Below are positions 23,301 to 37,100 of a stretch of 64,000 nt of DNA, piece after piece. Each line of letters starts with the position of its first letter. The first letter of the stretch is position 1. This DNA is from Eledone cirrhosa (taxonomy: Eukaryota): contig OZ024740.1 in NCBI GenBank assembly GCA_964016885.1, positions 4,092,001-4,156,000 of the forward strand. The letters run 5' to 3'. A model generated the notes under the pieces. The model searched no databases. It was not told the DNA's origin and was given only the letters and a program-made list of their open reading frames with translations. The translations under genes and the position numbers were made by a program.

Positions 23301-26300
23301 TTGGTAACATATATATACACTTGGTAACATATATACACAAGGTAACATATATACACTTGGTAACATATATACACTTGGTAACATATATACACTTGGTAAC
23401 ATATATACACACTTGGTAACATATATACACACAAGGTAACATATATACACTTGGTAACATATATACACACAAGGTAACATATATACACTTGGTAACATAT
23501 ATACACCCGGTAACATATATATATATACACTTGGTAACATATATACACACTTGGTAACATATATATACACTTGGTAACATATATACACCCGGTAACATAT
23601 ATATATACACTTGGTAACATATATACACTTGGTAACATATATACACATTTGGTAACATATATACACTTGGTAACATATATATACACTTGGTAACATATAT
23701 ATACACTTGGTAACATATATACACACTTGGTAACATATATACACACTTGGTAACATATATACACTTGGTAACATATATATACACTTGGTAACATATATAT
23801 ACACTTGGTAACATATATACACTTGGTAACATATACACTTGGTAACATATATATACTCTTGGTAACATATATATACACTTGGTAACATATATACACACTT
23901 GGTAACATATATATACACTTAGTAACATATACACACTTGGTAACATATATACACACTTGGTAACATATATACACACTTGGTAACATATATACTCTTGGTA
24001 ACATATATACACTTGGTAACATATATACACACTTGGTAACATATACACACTTGGTAACATATATATACACTTGGTAACATATATACACACTTGGTAACAT
24101 ATATACACTTGGTAACATATATATACACTTGGTAACATATATACACACTTGGTAACATATATACACTTGGTAACATATATATACACTTGGTAACATATAT
24201 ACACACTTGGTAACATATATACACACTTGGTAACATATATATACACTTGGTAACATATATACACTTGGTAACATATATACACACTTGGTAACATATATAC
24301 ACACAAGGTAACATATATACACTTGGTAACATATATACACACTTGGTAACATATATACACACTTGGTAACATATATACTCTTGGTAACATATACACTTGG
24401 TAACATATACACACTTGGTAACATATATACACACTTGGTAACATATATACACACGAGGTAACGTATATACACTTGGTAACATATATATACACTTGGTAAC
24501 ATATATACACACTTGGTAACATATATATACACTTGGTAACATATATACACTTGGTAACATATATATACACTTGGTAACATATATACACACTTGGTAACAT
24601 ATATACTCTTGGTAACATATACACTTGGTAACATATATACACTTGGTAACATATATACACACTTGGTAACATATATACACACAAGGTAACATATATACAC
24701 TTGGTAACATATATATACACTTGGTAACATATATACACACTTGGTAACATATATACACACTTGGTAACATATATATACACTTGGTAACATATATACACAC
24801 TTGGTAACATATATACACACTTGGTAACATATACACTTGGTAACATATACACACTTGGTAACATATATATACACTTAGTAACATATATATACACTTGGTA
24901 ACATATATATACACTTAGTAACATATATACACACTTGGTAACATATATATACACTTGGTAACATATATACATACTTGGTAACATATATACACTTGGTAAC
25001 ATATATATACACTTGGTAACATATATATACACTTGGTAACATATATACACACTTGGTAACATATATATACACTTGGTAACATATATACATACTTGGTAAC
25101 ATATACACACTTGGTAACATATACACACTTGGTAACATATATACACTTGGTAACATATATATACACTTAGTAACATATATACACACTTGGTAACATATAT
25201 ATACACTTGGTAACATATATACATACTTGGTAACATATATATACACTTGGTAACATATATACATACTTGGTAACATATATACACTTGGTAACATATACAT
25301 ACACTTGGTAACATATATACACAAGGTAACATATATACACTTGGTAACATATATATACACTTAGTAACATATATACACACTTGGTAACATATATATACAC
25401 TTGGTAACATATATACATACTTGGTAACATATATACACTTGGTAACATATATACACACTTGGTAACATATATACACACTTGGTAACATATATACACTTGG
25501 TAACATATATATACACATGGTAACATATATACACCCTTGGTAACATATATATACACTTGGTAACATATATATACACTTGGTAACATATATATACACTTAG
25601 TAACATATATACACACTTGGTAACATATATACACAAGGTAACATATATACACTTGGTAACATATATATACACTTGGTAACATATACACTTGGTAACATAT
25701 ATATACACTTGGTAACATATATACACACTTGGTAACATATACACACTTGGTAACATATATATACACTTGGTAACATATATACACACTTGGTAACATATAT
25801 ACACAAGGTAACATATATACACTTGGTAACATATATACACACTTGGTAACATATATATACACTTGGTAACATATATACACACTTGGTAACATATACACAC
25901 TTGGTAACATATATACACACTTGGTAACATATATACACACAAGGTAACATATATACACACAAGGTAACATATATATACACTTGGTAACATATATATACAC
26001 AAGGTAACATATATACACACTTGGTAACATATATACACACTTGGTAACATATATACACTTGGTAACATACATACACTTGGTAACATATATACACACTTGG
26101 TAACATATACACACTTGGTAACATATATACACCCGGTAACATATATACACCTGGTAACATATATATACACTTGGTAACATATATACACTTGGTAACATAT
26201 ATACACACTTGGAAACATATATATACACTTGGTAACATATATACACACAAGGTAACATATATACACTTGGTAACATATATACACTTGGTAACATATATAT

Positions 26301-29300
26301 ACACTTGGTAACATATATACACTTGGTAACATATATATACACCCGGTAACATATATACACTTGATAACATATATACACACTTGGTAACATATATACACAC
26401 TTGGTAACATATATACACACTTGGTAACATATATACACTTGGTAACATATATACATACTTGGTAACATATACACACTTGGTAACATATATATACACTTGG
26501 TAACATATATACACACTTGGTGAAATATACACACTTGGTAACATATATACACACTTGGTAACATATATATACACTTGGTAACATATATATACACTTGGTA
26601 ACATATATACACACTTGGTAACATATATACACACTTGGTAACATATATATACACTTGGTAACATATATACACCCGGTAACATATATATACACTTGGTAAC
26701 ATATATACACACTTGATAACATATATACACATTTGGTAACATATATATATATACACAAGGTAACATATATACACACCCGGTAACATATATATACACTTGG
26801 TAACATATATACACTTGGTAACATATATACTCTTGGTAACATATATACACACTTGGTAACATATATATACACTTGGTAACATATATATACACTTGGTAAC
26901 ATATATACACTTGGTAACATATATATACACTTGGTAACATATATATACACTTGGTAACATATATACACTTGGTAACATATATATACACTTGGTAACATAT
27001 ATACACACTTGGTAACATATATACACACTTTGTAACATATATACACACTTGGTAACATATACACTTGGTAACATATATATACACTTGGTAACATATATAC
27101 TCTTGGTAACATATACACTTGGTAACATATATACACTTGGTAACATATATACACACTTGGTAACATATATACACACTTGGTAACATATATACACACTTGG
27201 TAACATATACACTTGGTAACATATATACACACTTGGTAACATATATACACACTTTGTAACATATATACACACTTGGTAACATATATATACACTTGGTAAC
27301 ATATATATACACTTGGTAACATATATACACACTTGGTAACATATATACACACTTGGTAACATATATACACACTTGTTAACATATACACTTGGTAACATAT
27401 ATACACACTTGGTAACATATATACACACTTGGTAACATATATACACTCTTGGTAACATATATATACACAAGGTAACATATATATACACTTGGTAACATAT
27501 ATACACACTTGGTAACATATATACACACTTGGTAACATATATACACACTTGGTAACATATATACACACAAGGTAACATATATACACACTTGGTAACATAT
27601 ATACACACTTGGTAACATATATACACACTTGGTAACATATACACTTGGTAACATATATACACACTTGGTAACATATATACACACTTGGTAACATATATAC
27701 ACACTTGGTAACATATATACACACTTGGTAACATATATACACTTGGTAACATATATACACACTTGGTAACATATATACACACTTGGTAACATATATATAC
27801 ACTTGGTAACATATATATACACTTGGTAACATATATACACTTGGTAACATATATATACACTTGGTAACATATATACACACTTGGTAACATATATACACAC
27901 TTGGTAACATATATACACACTTGGTAACATATATACACACTTGGTAACATATATATACACTTGGTAACATATATACACAAGGTAACATATATACACACTT
28001 GGTAACATATATACACACAAGGTAACATATATACACTTGCTAACATATATATACACTTGGTAACATATATACACACTTGGTAACATATATATACACTTGG
28101 TAACATATATACACACTTGGTAACATATATATACACTTGGTAACATATACACTTGGTAACATATATATACACTTGGTAACATATATATACACTTGGTAAC
28201 ATATATACACACTTGGTAACATATATACTCTTGGTAACATATATACACATTTGGTAACATATATACACACTTGGTAACATATATACTCATGGTAATATAT
28301 ATACACTTGGTAACATATATACACTTGGTAACATATATACACACTTGGTAACATATATACACACTTGGTAACATATATACACACTTGGTAACATATATAC
28401 ACACTTGGTAACATATATACACTTGGTAACATATATATACGCTTGGTAACATATATATACACTTGGTAACATATATATACACTTGGTAACATATATATAC
28501 ACTTGGTAACATATATACACACTTGGTAACATATATATACACTTGGTAACATATATATACACTTGGTAACATATATACACACTTGGTAACATATATATAC
28601 ACTTGGTAACATATATACACTTGGTAACATATATACACTTGGTAACATATATACACACTTGGTAACATATATATACACTTGGTAACATATATATACACTT
28701 GGTAACATATATATACACTTGGTAACATATATACACACTTGGTAACATATACACTTGGTAACATATATACACACTTGGTAACATATATACACACTTGGTA
28801 ACATATATACACACTTGGTAACATATATACACACTTGGTAACATATATACACTTGGTAACATATATACACACTTGGTAACATATATACACACTTGGTAAC
28901 ATATATATACACTTGGTAACATATATATACACTTGGTAACATATATACACTTGGTAACATATATATACACTTGGTAACATATATACACACTTGGTAACAT
29001 ATATACACACTTGGTAACATATATACACACTTGGTAACATATATACACACTTGGTAACATATATATACACTTGGTAACATATATACACAAGGTAACATAT
29101 ATACACACTTGGTAACATATATATACACTTGGTAACATATATATACACTTGGTAACATATATACACTTGGTAACATATATACACACTTGGTAACATATAT
29201 ACACACAAGGTAACATATATACACTTGGTAACATATATATACACTTGGTAACATATATACACACTTGGTAACATATATATACACTTGGTAACATATACAC

Positions 29301-30555
29301 TTGGTAACATATATATACACTTGGTAACATATATATACACTTGGTAACATATATACACACTTGGTAACATATATACTCTTGGTAACATATAAACACATTT
29401 GGTAACATATATACACACTTGGTAACATATATACTCATGGTAATATATATACACTTGGTAACATATATACACTTGGTAACATATATACACACTTGGTAAC
29501 ATATATACACACTTGGTAACATATATACACACTTGGTAACATATATACACACTTGGTAACATATATACACTTGGTAACATATATATACACTTGGTAACAT
29601 ATATATACACTTGGTAACATATATATACACTTGGTAACATATATATACACTTGGTAACATATATACACACTTGGTAACATATATATACACTTGGTAACAT
29701 ATATATACACTTGGTAACATATATACACACTTGGTAACATATATATACACTTGGTAACATATATACACTTGGTAACATATATACACTTGGTAACATATAT
29801 ACACACTTGGTAACATATATATACACTTGGTAACATATATATACACTTGGTAACATATATATACACTTGGTAACATATATACACACTTGGTAACATATAC
29901 ACTTGGTAACATATATACACACTTGGTAACATATATATACACTTGGTAACATATATACACTTGGTAACATATATACACAAGGTAACACATACACACTTGG
30001 CAACATATATACACACTTGGTATCATATATACACTTGGTAACATATATACACAAGGTAACACATACACACTTGGCAACATATATACACACTTGGTAACAT
30101 ATATACACACTTGGTAACATATATACACACTTGGTAACATATATATACACTTGGTAACATATACACACTTGGTAACATATATATACACTTGGTAACATAT
30201 ACACTTGGTAACATATATACACAAGGTAACACATACACACTTGGTAACATATATACACACTTGGTAACATATATACACACTTGGTAACATATATACACAC
30301 TTGGCTATATATATACACTTGGTAACATATATACACTTGGTAACATATATACACTTGGCAACATATATATACACTTGGTAACATATACACTTGGTAACAT
30401 ATATACACAAGGTAACACATACACACTTGGTAACATATATACACACTTGGTAACATATATACACACTTGGCTATATATATACACTTGGTAACATATATAC
30501 ACACTTGGCTATATATATACACTTGGTAACATATATACACACTTGGTAACACATA
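20357..30555. repeat. ~10.2-kb minisatellite, unit CACTTGGTAACA(TA)n(CA)m, mostly 16-20 bp
   Basis: Constant core cacttggtaaca with dinucleotide-slippage length variants; recurrent variants CAAGGT, CCCGGT, TTAGTA and CTCTTGG. Confidence 0.98.
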
Positions 30556-31934
30556 CAGTGCCCCGCAAAAGTTTACAACACATTAGGGAAAATGCAGTTT
30601 TAGGTATTTTTAATAAAGTTAGGGTAATGAAAATATAACTACTGATAGAACATATAATGAGGCATCTAATGATACAATCATAGTTTTAAAAAAATAAGAA
30701 GGAAATAACACATGAAGAAAAATCAATATTTTTATAACGCAAAAGTTTACAACACATTTTATATTTATCGCTTTTTTTCAAGAAAATTCTTAAATTTTCA
30801 GATTTAAAATTCAGTAGAATGTTCTAGATTAGGTTTAAGGTAACTTCTAAGGACTATTAAAAACATTACATCATTATTTGTTTGACAACCATCCTCTAAA
30901 CATTGACAACCGTCCTGTAAACATGGACAATATGGGGAAAAATAAACTGATTGATCAAGACCTCTGTAAACGCATTGTAGACCTTCATACAGATGGTGTT
31001 GGTTATAGAAAGATATCTTGTCAGTTAAATGTGCCATTGAGTTCAGTTGGTACAATAATTCGTCACTGGAAATCTCATCATTCCATTTGTCCTCTAATTA
31101 GTTCTGGTTGTCCTAGAAAGATAACGGGACGTGCAGCTCGGTTATTGACGAGAAAGGTTGGCAACGAACCCCGGTGTACTCTTAAAAATATTCAGGATGA
31201 CCTAGAAGAAAGTGGAGTAAAAGTGAGCACAGATACAATTAGTCGTTCACTTCGTCGATATAATATCTTCTCGAGGTCCCCAAGGAAAACACCACTTCTT
31301 ACGAGGAAACACGTTCTTCGTCGATTAAACTTTGCAAATGAGCATCTCATCAAACCTGCGTCATTTTGGGAAGATGTACTTTGGTCGGACGAAACAAAAA
31401 TTGAACATTTTGGTCGAAATGCTGTGGCAAAAGTCTGGAGAAAGAAAGGTACTGAATATTCGCTGAAGAATACTATTCCAACTGTAAAATTTGGAGGTGG
31501 ATCAATCATGGTCTGGGGTTGCTTTAGTGCCACAGGAGTAGGAAATTTGTGGAGAGAATTCAAAAAAGGAAACCCCAAAATATCCCTGAACTAAAGAAAA
31601 TTTGTTGTGAAGAATGGATAAATATTAGCCAAGAAACATGCAAGAAGTTTGTAGGAGGCTACTCCAAACGCCCTACAGGCTGTAATTAGCAACAAAGGTT
31701 ACGCTACGAAATATTAAGAGATGATTTAATAAGTGTGTTGTAAACTTTTGCGTTATAAAAATATTGATTTTTCTTCATGAGTTATTTCCTTGTTATTTTT
31801 TTAAAACTATGATTGTATCATTAAATGCCTCACTATATGTTCTATCAGTAGTTAAATTTTCATTACCCTAACTTTATTAAAAATACCTAAAACTGCATTT
31901 TTCCTAATGTGTTGTAAACTTTTGCGGGGCCCTG
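30556..31934 (+). mobile_element. Tc1-family DNA transposon, IR/DR type, internally deleted (1379 bp), TA target duplication
   Basis: TA-CAGTGCCCCGCAAAAGTTTACAACACA ... TGTGTTGTAAACTTTTGCGGGGCCCTG-TA. ~200-bp TIRs (30556-30756 and 31734-31934), each with outer and inner GCAAAAGTTTACAACACA direct repeats. Confidence 0.96.
30923..31717 (+). pseudogene. Tc1 transposase pseudogene
   Basis: Paired-like HTH, GCPRK (GRPR-like), VLWSDETKIEHFG, TVKFGGGSIMVWGCF. A deletion then joins VGNL to WREFKK, losing the second Asp and the Glu. Frameshifted C-terminus ...CEEWINISQETCKKFV...QAVISNKGYATKY*. Confidence 0.93.
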
Positions 31935-31992
31935 TATATACACTTGGTAACATATATACCCACTTGGTAACATATATACACACAAGGTAACA
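31935..31992. repeat. Distal remnant (3 units) of the CACTTGGTAACA minisatellite
   Basis: tatatacacttggtaacatatatacccacttggtaacatatatacacacaaggtaaca directly after the Tc1 TIR. Confidence 0.95.
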
Positions 31993-32321
31993 GCCATGCA
32001 ATTCTATTCAAACCTGACTATATAACCAACATTTTGCATATGAAAGGAGAAAAAAATTACTCTAAAATTTGACAGTGAGAATTGTCCCCCTTTTAAGGCC
32101 AAACAGTCTACGATATAGAATCTTTTCTGTATTGTAGCAAGTTCCTTTAAGATCTTTTAAAAATAAGTTATAAGTCAGACACATATTATACATACTCTTG
32201 ATTCAAAGCATGTAGTATTATAATTTAGGTTTTGTTTTGAGGGCTAGCCCTCTTCTTCTTGAGAACTCTCCACGAGATGACCCATAGTTTGTGCGCTAAT
32301 GGCTTTTCTTCAAATTTGTCA

Positions 32322-32409
32322 ATGTGCCTGATGAGCGGCCAGTCTTAGAAGGGCTCCTTCACTATACTGTGGTGGCCATAACTGGACCCTGAAACCTAAG
32401 GTCCCACAT
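32322..32409 (+). ncRNA. Type I hammerhead ribozyme candidate
   Basis: atgtgc-CTGATGA-gcggccagt...actggaccct-GAAA-cc(taa)gg-TC-ccacat. Both core boxes intact, GUC site, stem I atgtg/cacat with a C.C mismatch next to the core, imperfect base of stem II. Confidence 0.72.
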
Positions 32410-32550
32410 ACATGTTAAGTGTATGAAATTATATATATATATAAATAATTACATACATATGTATGCAAAATGTAAACAGAAATAACAAAGTAAGCAACAC
32501 AGTACAATGAAGAAGTATATTAGTTTTATGCTTGATATAGTAGGAAAAGA

Positions 32551-32588
32551 GTCTTAACATTTCGGACGCTAGTCCTTCATCAGAACAT
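32551..32588 (-). ncRNA. Minimal PLE-type hammerhead candidate (decayed)
   Basis: Minus strand: tgtt-CTGATGA-a-ggac(tagc)gtcc-GAAA-tgt-TA-agac. Perfect 4-bp stem II; stem I weak; TGT may be CpG-decayed CGT. Confidence 0.6.
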
Positions 32589-33897
32589 AGTATGAGAAAT
32601 TAAAGAAACAGAAAGATTAAGGAGATGGGCAGGGTGGAAGCAGAACAAAATTTGTTTTGAGAAAATTAAAGGTCCTAGGTTTTGGCCAGTGTTGGTCCAT
32701 CTCTAACTTAATAGCAAAGTCTTTCAGATTATTGGTTCCCAACCTAGTTATGTTTCGGACACTGTGGCCCACTCTAGTAAAGTGTTGTTGTTTTCAGAGA
32801 CTTATCCAGGTGTAGGAGGTTTATCCTAGATTTGTCGAAGGAACTTTTGAATTTATGGGATCTGTTTCTATATTGATATGCTTCAGTATGATATTAGAGA
32901 GAGCAGGACCAGTTATAGTAGAGTAGTTATGTCGTATAGTTATTAAGGAAGGTATAAACCTGACTGCAATGCCTAACAAGGTTTGCTACATACAAGCCGA
33001 AACTACTAGGTGAAACAGTCAGGATTATATCTTCCTTTAAACCTACTCTGCTCCTTTCCATACATAGATTTGTGGTTTCCCGGTCTCAGCACTGCAGAAC
33101 TTCAACATACATATGTGTTTACTTACACATATACTAAGTTAACATACTATATATCAAGTTTATTCTATGTGTGTGTGGCGGGGGGGGGGGGGTCTATGCA
33201 TTTGTGTGTGCATTTACTATGTATGCATACAAACTTTGACATATGCTGCTATTTGTAGATATATATACAGATGTATAATATACACATATAATTATATAAA
33301 CATGTATATTATACACATAATTATGTGGTGCGATGTATTATATATTTAGATATACACACATCATCACATGTACACACACACACAAATGTATTATATATTT
33401 AGATATATACACACATCATCTATTTTTACATATGCAATCATCATCATCGTAAATATCAACCATGAGGAACTGTTGAAGCAGTGAAAAACTTACATGCAGC
33501 CATGTGCACACAAGATTGCCTGTGCACTTTTCACATTTAATAGGTGTAAAAATAGATGTGCATATATATACCATACACACATACAATTATACACATAAAT
33601 AGACGGAAAAAACAGAGTGACTCTGACATATTTGCAACACTTATGTATTACTAGTTACTAGTGACTGACAATCTAGACACCAACACACAGATACAGGGAA
33701 TAACATGGACAGCAAACAGTTGTGGATGTGTGTGTTATGTATATATGTGTGTATGTCCACGTGTGTATGTGATTGTGTAGCTGAAAGTATGGATATATAG
33801 ATAGATAGATGCATAGAAATATAGAAAAATTTGATAAGTAGAACGATAAATAGTGACATGGTGACACAGTCATCTGATCTGTGGAAATAGGAACTTT

Positions 33898-33899
<2 letters not shown>

Positions 33900-33943
<44 letters not shown>

Positions 33944-33947
33944 TCAG

Positions 33948-33982
<35 letters not shown>

Positions 33983-34085
33983 ATGTGTGTGCGTGTATAG
34001 ATACATATATATACACCCACACACACATATATATATATATATAGACACACACACACACATATATATATATACACCCACACAACAT
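33900..34085. repeat. Compound (TA)n/(TG)n/(CA)n microsatellite
   Basis: Directly visible. Confidence 0.95.
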
Positions 34086-34194
34086 ACTCTCACTGACATA
34101 CCAACAATATAAATGTCAAATATAAATGGGAGGGAGAGGAGGGGTCTATTTGTTTTATTGATGGACTTCGTGAAGGAAATGATACAGGATTAAG

Positions 34195-37100
34195 TTGACT
34201 GGTAATATACCATACTACATGACACTGACACATGTGGTGGTCATTGGAGGTGACTGGTAATATACCATACTACATAACACTGAGACATGTGGTGGACATT
34301 GGAGGTGACAGGTAATATACCATACTACATAACACTGACACATGTGGTGGTCATTGGAGGTGACTGGTAATATACCATACTACATAACACTGACACATGT
34401 GGTGGACATTGGAGGTGACTGGTAATATATCATACTACATGAGACTGACAAATGTGGTGGTCATTGGAGGTGACTGGTAATATACCATACTACATGAGAC
34501 TGACACATGTGGTGGACATTGGAGGTGATTTGTAATATACCATACTACATAACACTGACACATGTGGTGGACATAGGAGGTGACAGGTAATATACCATAC
34601 TACATAACACTGACACATGTGGTGGACATTGTAGGCGACTGGTAATATAACATACTACATAACACTGACACATGTGGTGGACATTGGAGGTGACTGGTAA
34701 TATAACATACAACATAACACTGACACATGTGGTGGACATTGGAGGCGACTGGTAATATACCATACTACATAGACTGACACATATGGTGGACATTGGAGGT
34801 GACACGTAATATACCATTCTACATAACACTGACACATGTGGTAGACATTGGAGGTGACTGGTAATATACCATGCTACATAACACTGACACATACGGTGGA
34901 CATTAGAGGTGACTGGTAATATACCATACTACATAACACTGACACATGTGGTGGACATTGGAGGTGAGTGGTAATATACCATACTACATAACACTGACAT
35001 ATGTGGTGGACATTAGAGGTGACTGGTAATATACCATACTACATAACACTGACACATGTGGTTGACATTGGAGGTGAGTGGTAATATACCATACTACATA
35101 ACACTGACACATGTGGTGGACATTGGAGGTGACTGGTAATATACCATACTACATAGACTGACACATATGGTGGACATTGGAGGTGACAAGTAATATACCA
35201 TTCTACATAACACTGACACATGTGGTAGACATTGGAGGTGACTGGTAATATACCATGCTACATAACACTGACACATGTAGTGGACATTGGAGGTGATAGG
35301 CAATATACCATACTACATAACACTGACACATGTGGTGAACATTTGAGGTGACCGGTAATATATCATACTACATAAGACTGACACATGTTGTGGTTATTGG
35401 AGGTGACTGGTAATATACCATACTACATAACACTGACACATGTGGTGGACATTGTAGGTGACTGGTAATATACCATACTACATAACACTGAAACATGTGG
35501 TTTACATTGGAGGTGACTGGTAATATACCATACTACATAGACTGACACATGTGGTGGACATTGGAGGTGACAGGTAATATACCATACTAAATAACACTGA
35601 CACATGTGGTGGACATTGGAGGTGACTGGTAATATACCATACTACATAACACTGACACATGTGGTGGACATTGGAGGTGAATGGTAATATACCATACTAC
35701 ATAACACTGACACATGTGGTGGACATTGGAGGTGAGTGGTAATATACCATACTACATAACACTGACACATGTGGTGGACATAGGAGGTGACTGGTAATAT
35801 ATCATACAACATAACACTGACACATGTGGTTGACATTGGAAGTGACTGGTAATATATCATACAACATAACACTGACACATGTGGGGGACATTGGAAGTGA
35901 CTGGTAATATACAATACTACTTAACACTGACACATGTGGTGGACATTGGAGGTGACTGGTAATATACCATACTACATAACACTGACACATGTAGTGGACA
36001 TTGGAGGTGATAGGCAATATACCGTACTACATAACACTAACACATGTGGTGGACATTGGAGGTGACTGGTAATATACCATACTACATAACACTGACACAT
36101 GTGGTGGACATTGGAGGTGTCTGGTAATATATCATACTACATAACACTGACATATCTGGTGGACATTGGAGTTCACTGGTAATATACCATAATACATAAC
36201 ACTGACACATGTGGTGGACATTGTAGGTAACTGGTAATATACCATACTACATAACACTGACACATGTGGTGGATATTGGATGTGACTGGTAATATACCAT
36301 ACTATATAACACTGACACATGTGGTGGACATTGGAGGTGACTGGTAATTTACCATACTAAATAACACTGACACATGTGGTGTACATTGGAGGTGGCTTGT
36401 AATATACCATACTAAATAACACTGACACATGTGGTGGTCATTGGAGGTGACTGGTAATATACCATACTGCATAACACTGCCACATGTGGTGGACATTGGA
36501 GGTGACTGGTAATATACCATACTACATAACACTGACACATGTGGTGGACATTGGAGGTGAGTGGTAATATACCATACTACATAAAACTGACACATGTGGT
36601 GGACATTGGATGTGACTGGTAATATACCATACTACATAACACTGACACATGTTGTGTACATTGGAGTTGACTGGTAATATACCATACTACATGAGACTGA
36701 CACATGTGGTGGACATTGGAGGTGACTGGTAATATATCATACTACATAACACTAACACATGTGGTGGACATTGGATCTGACTGGTAATATACCATACTAC
36801 ATGAGACTGACACATGTAGTGGACATTGGAGATGACTGGTAATATACCATACTGCATAACACTGATACATGTGGTGGTCATTGGAGGTGACTGGTAATAT
36901 ACCATGCTACATAATACTAACAAATGTGGTGGACATTGGAGTTGACTGGTAATATACCATACTACATAACACTGACACATGTGGTGGACATTGGAGGTGA
37001 CTGGTAATATACCATACTACATGAGACTGACAAATGTGGTGGTCATTGGAGGTGACTGGTAATATACCATACTACATGAGACTGACACATGTGGTGGACA

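Noticed and set aside
20339-30552. Very long minus-strand ORFs (up to 1058 aa; YVTKC/MLPSV/ICYQV)
   Set aside because: All three frames are open because the repeat unit lacks minus-strand stops, and unit lengths shift frame freely, so there is no coding constraint.
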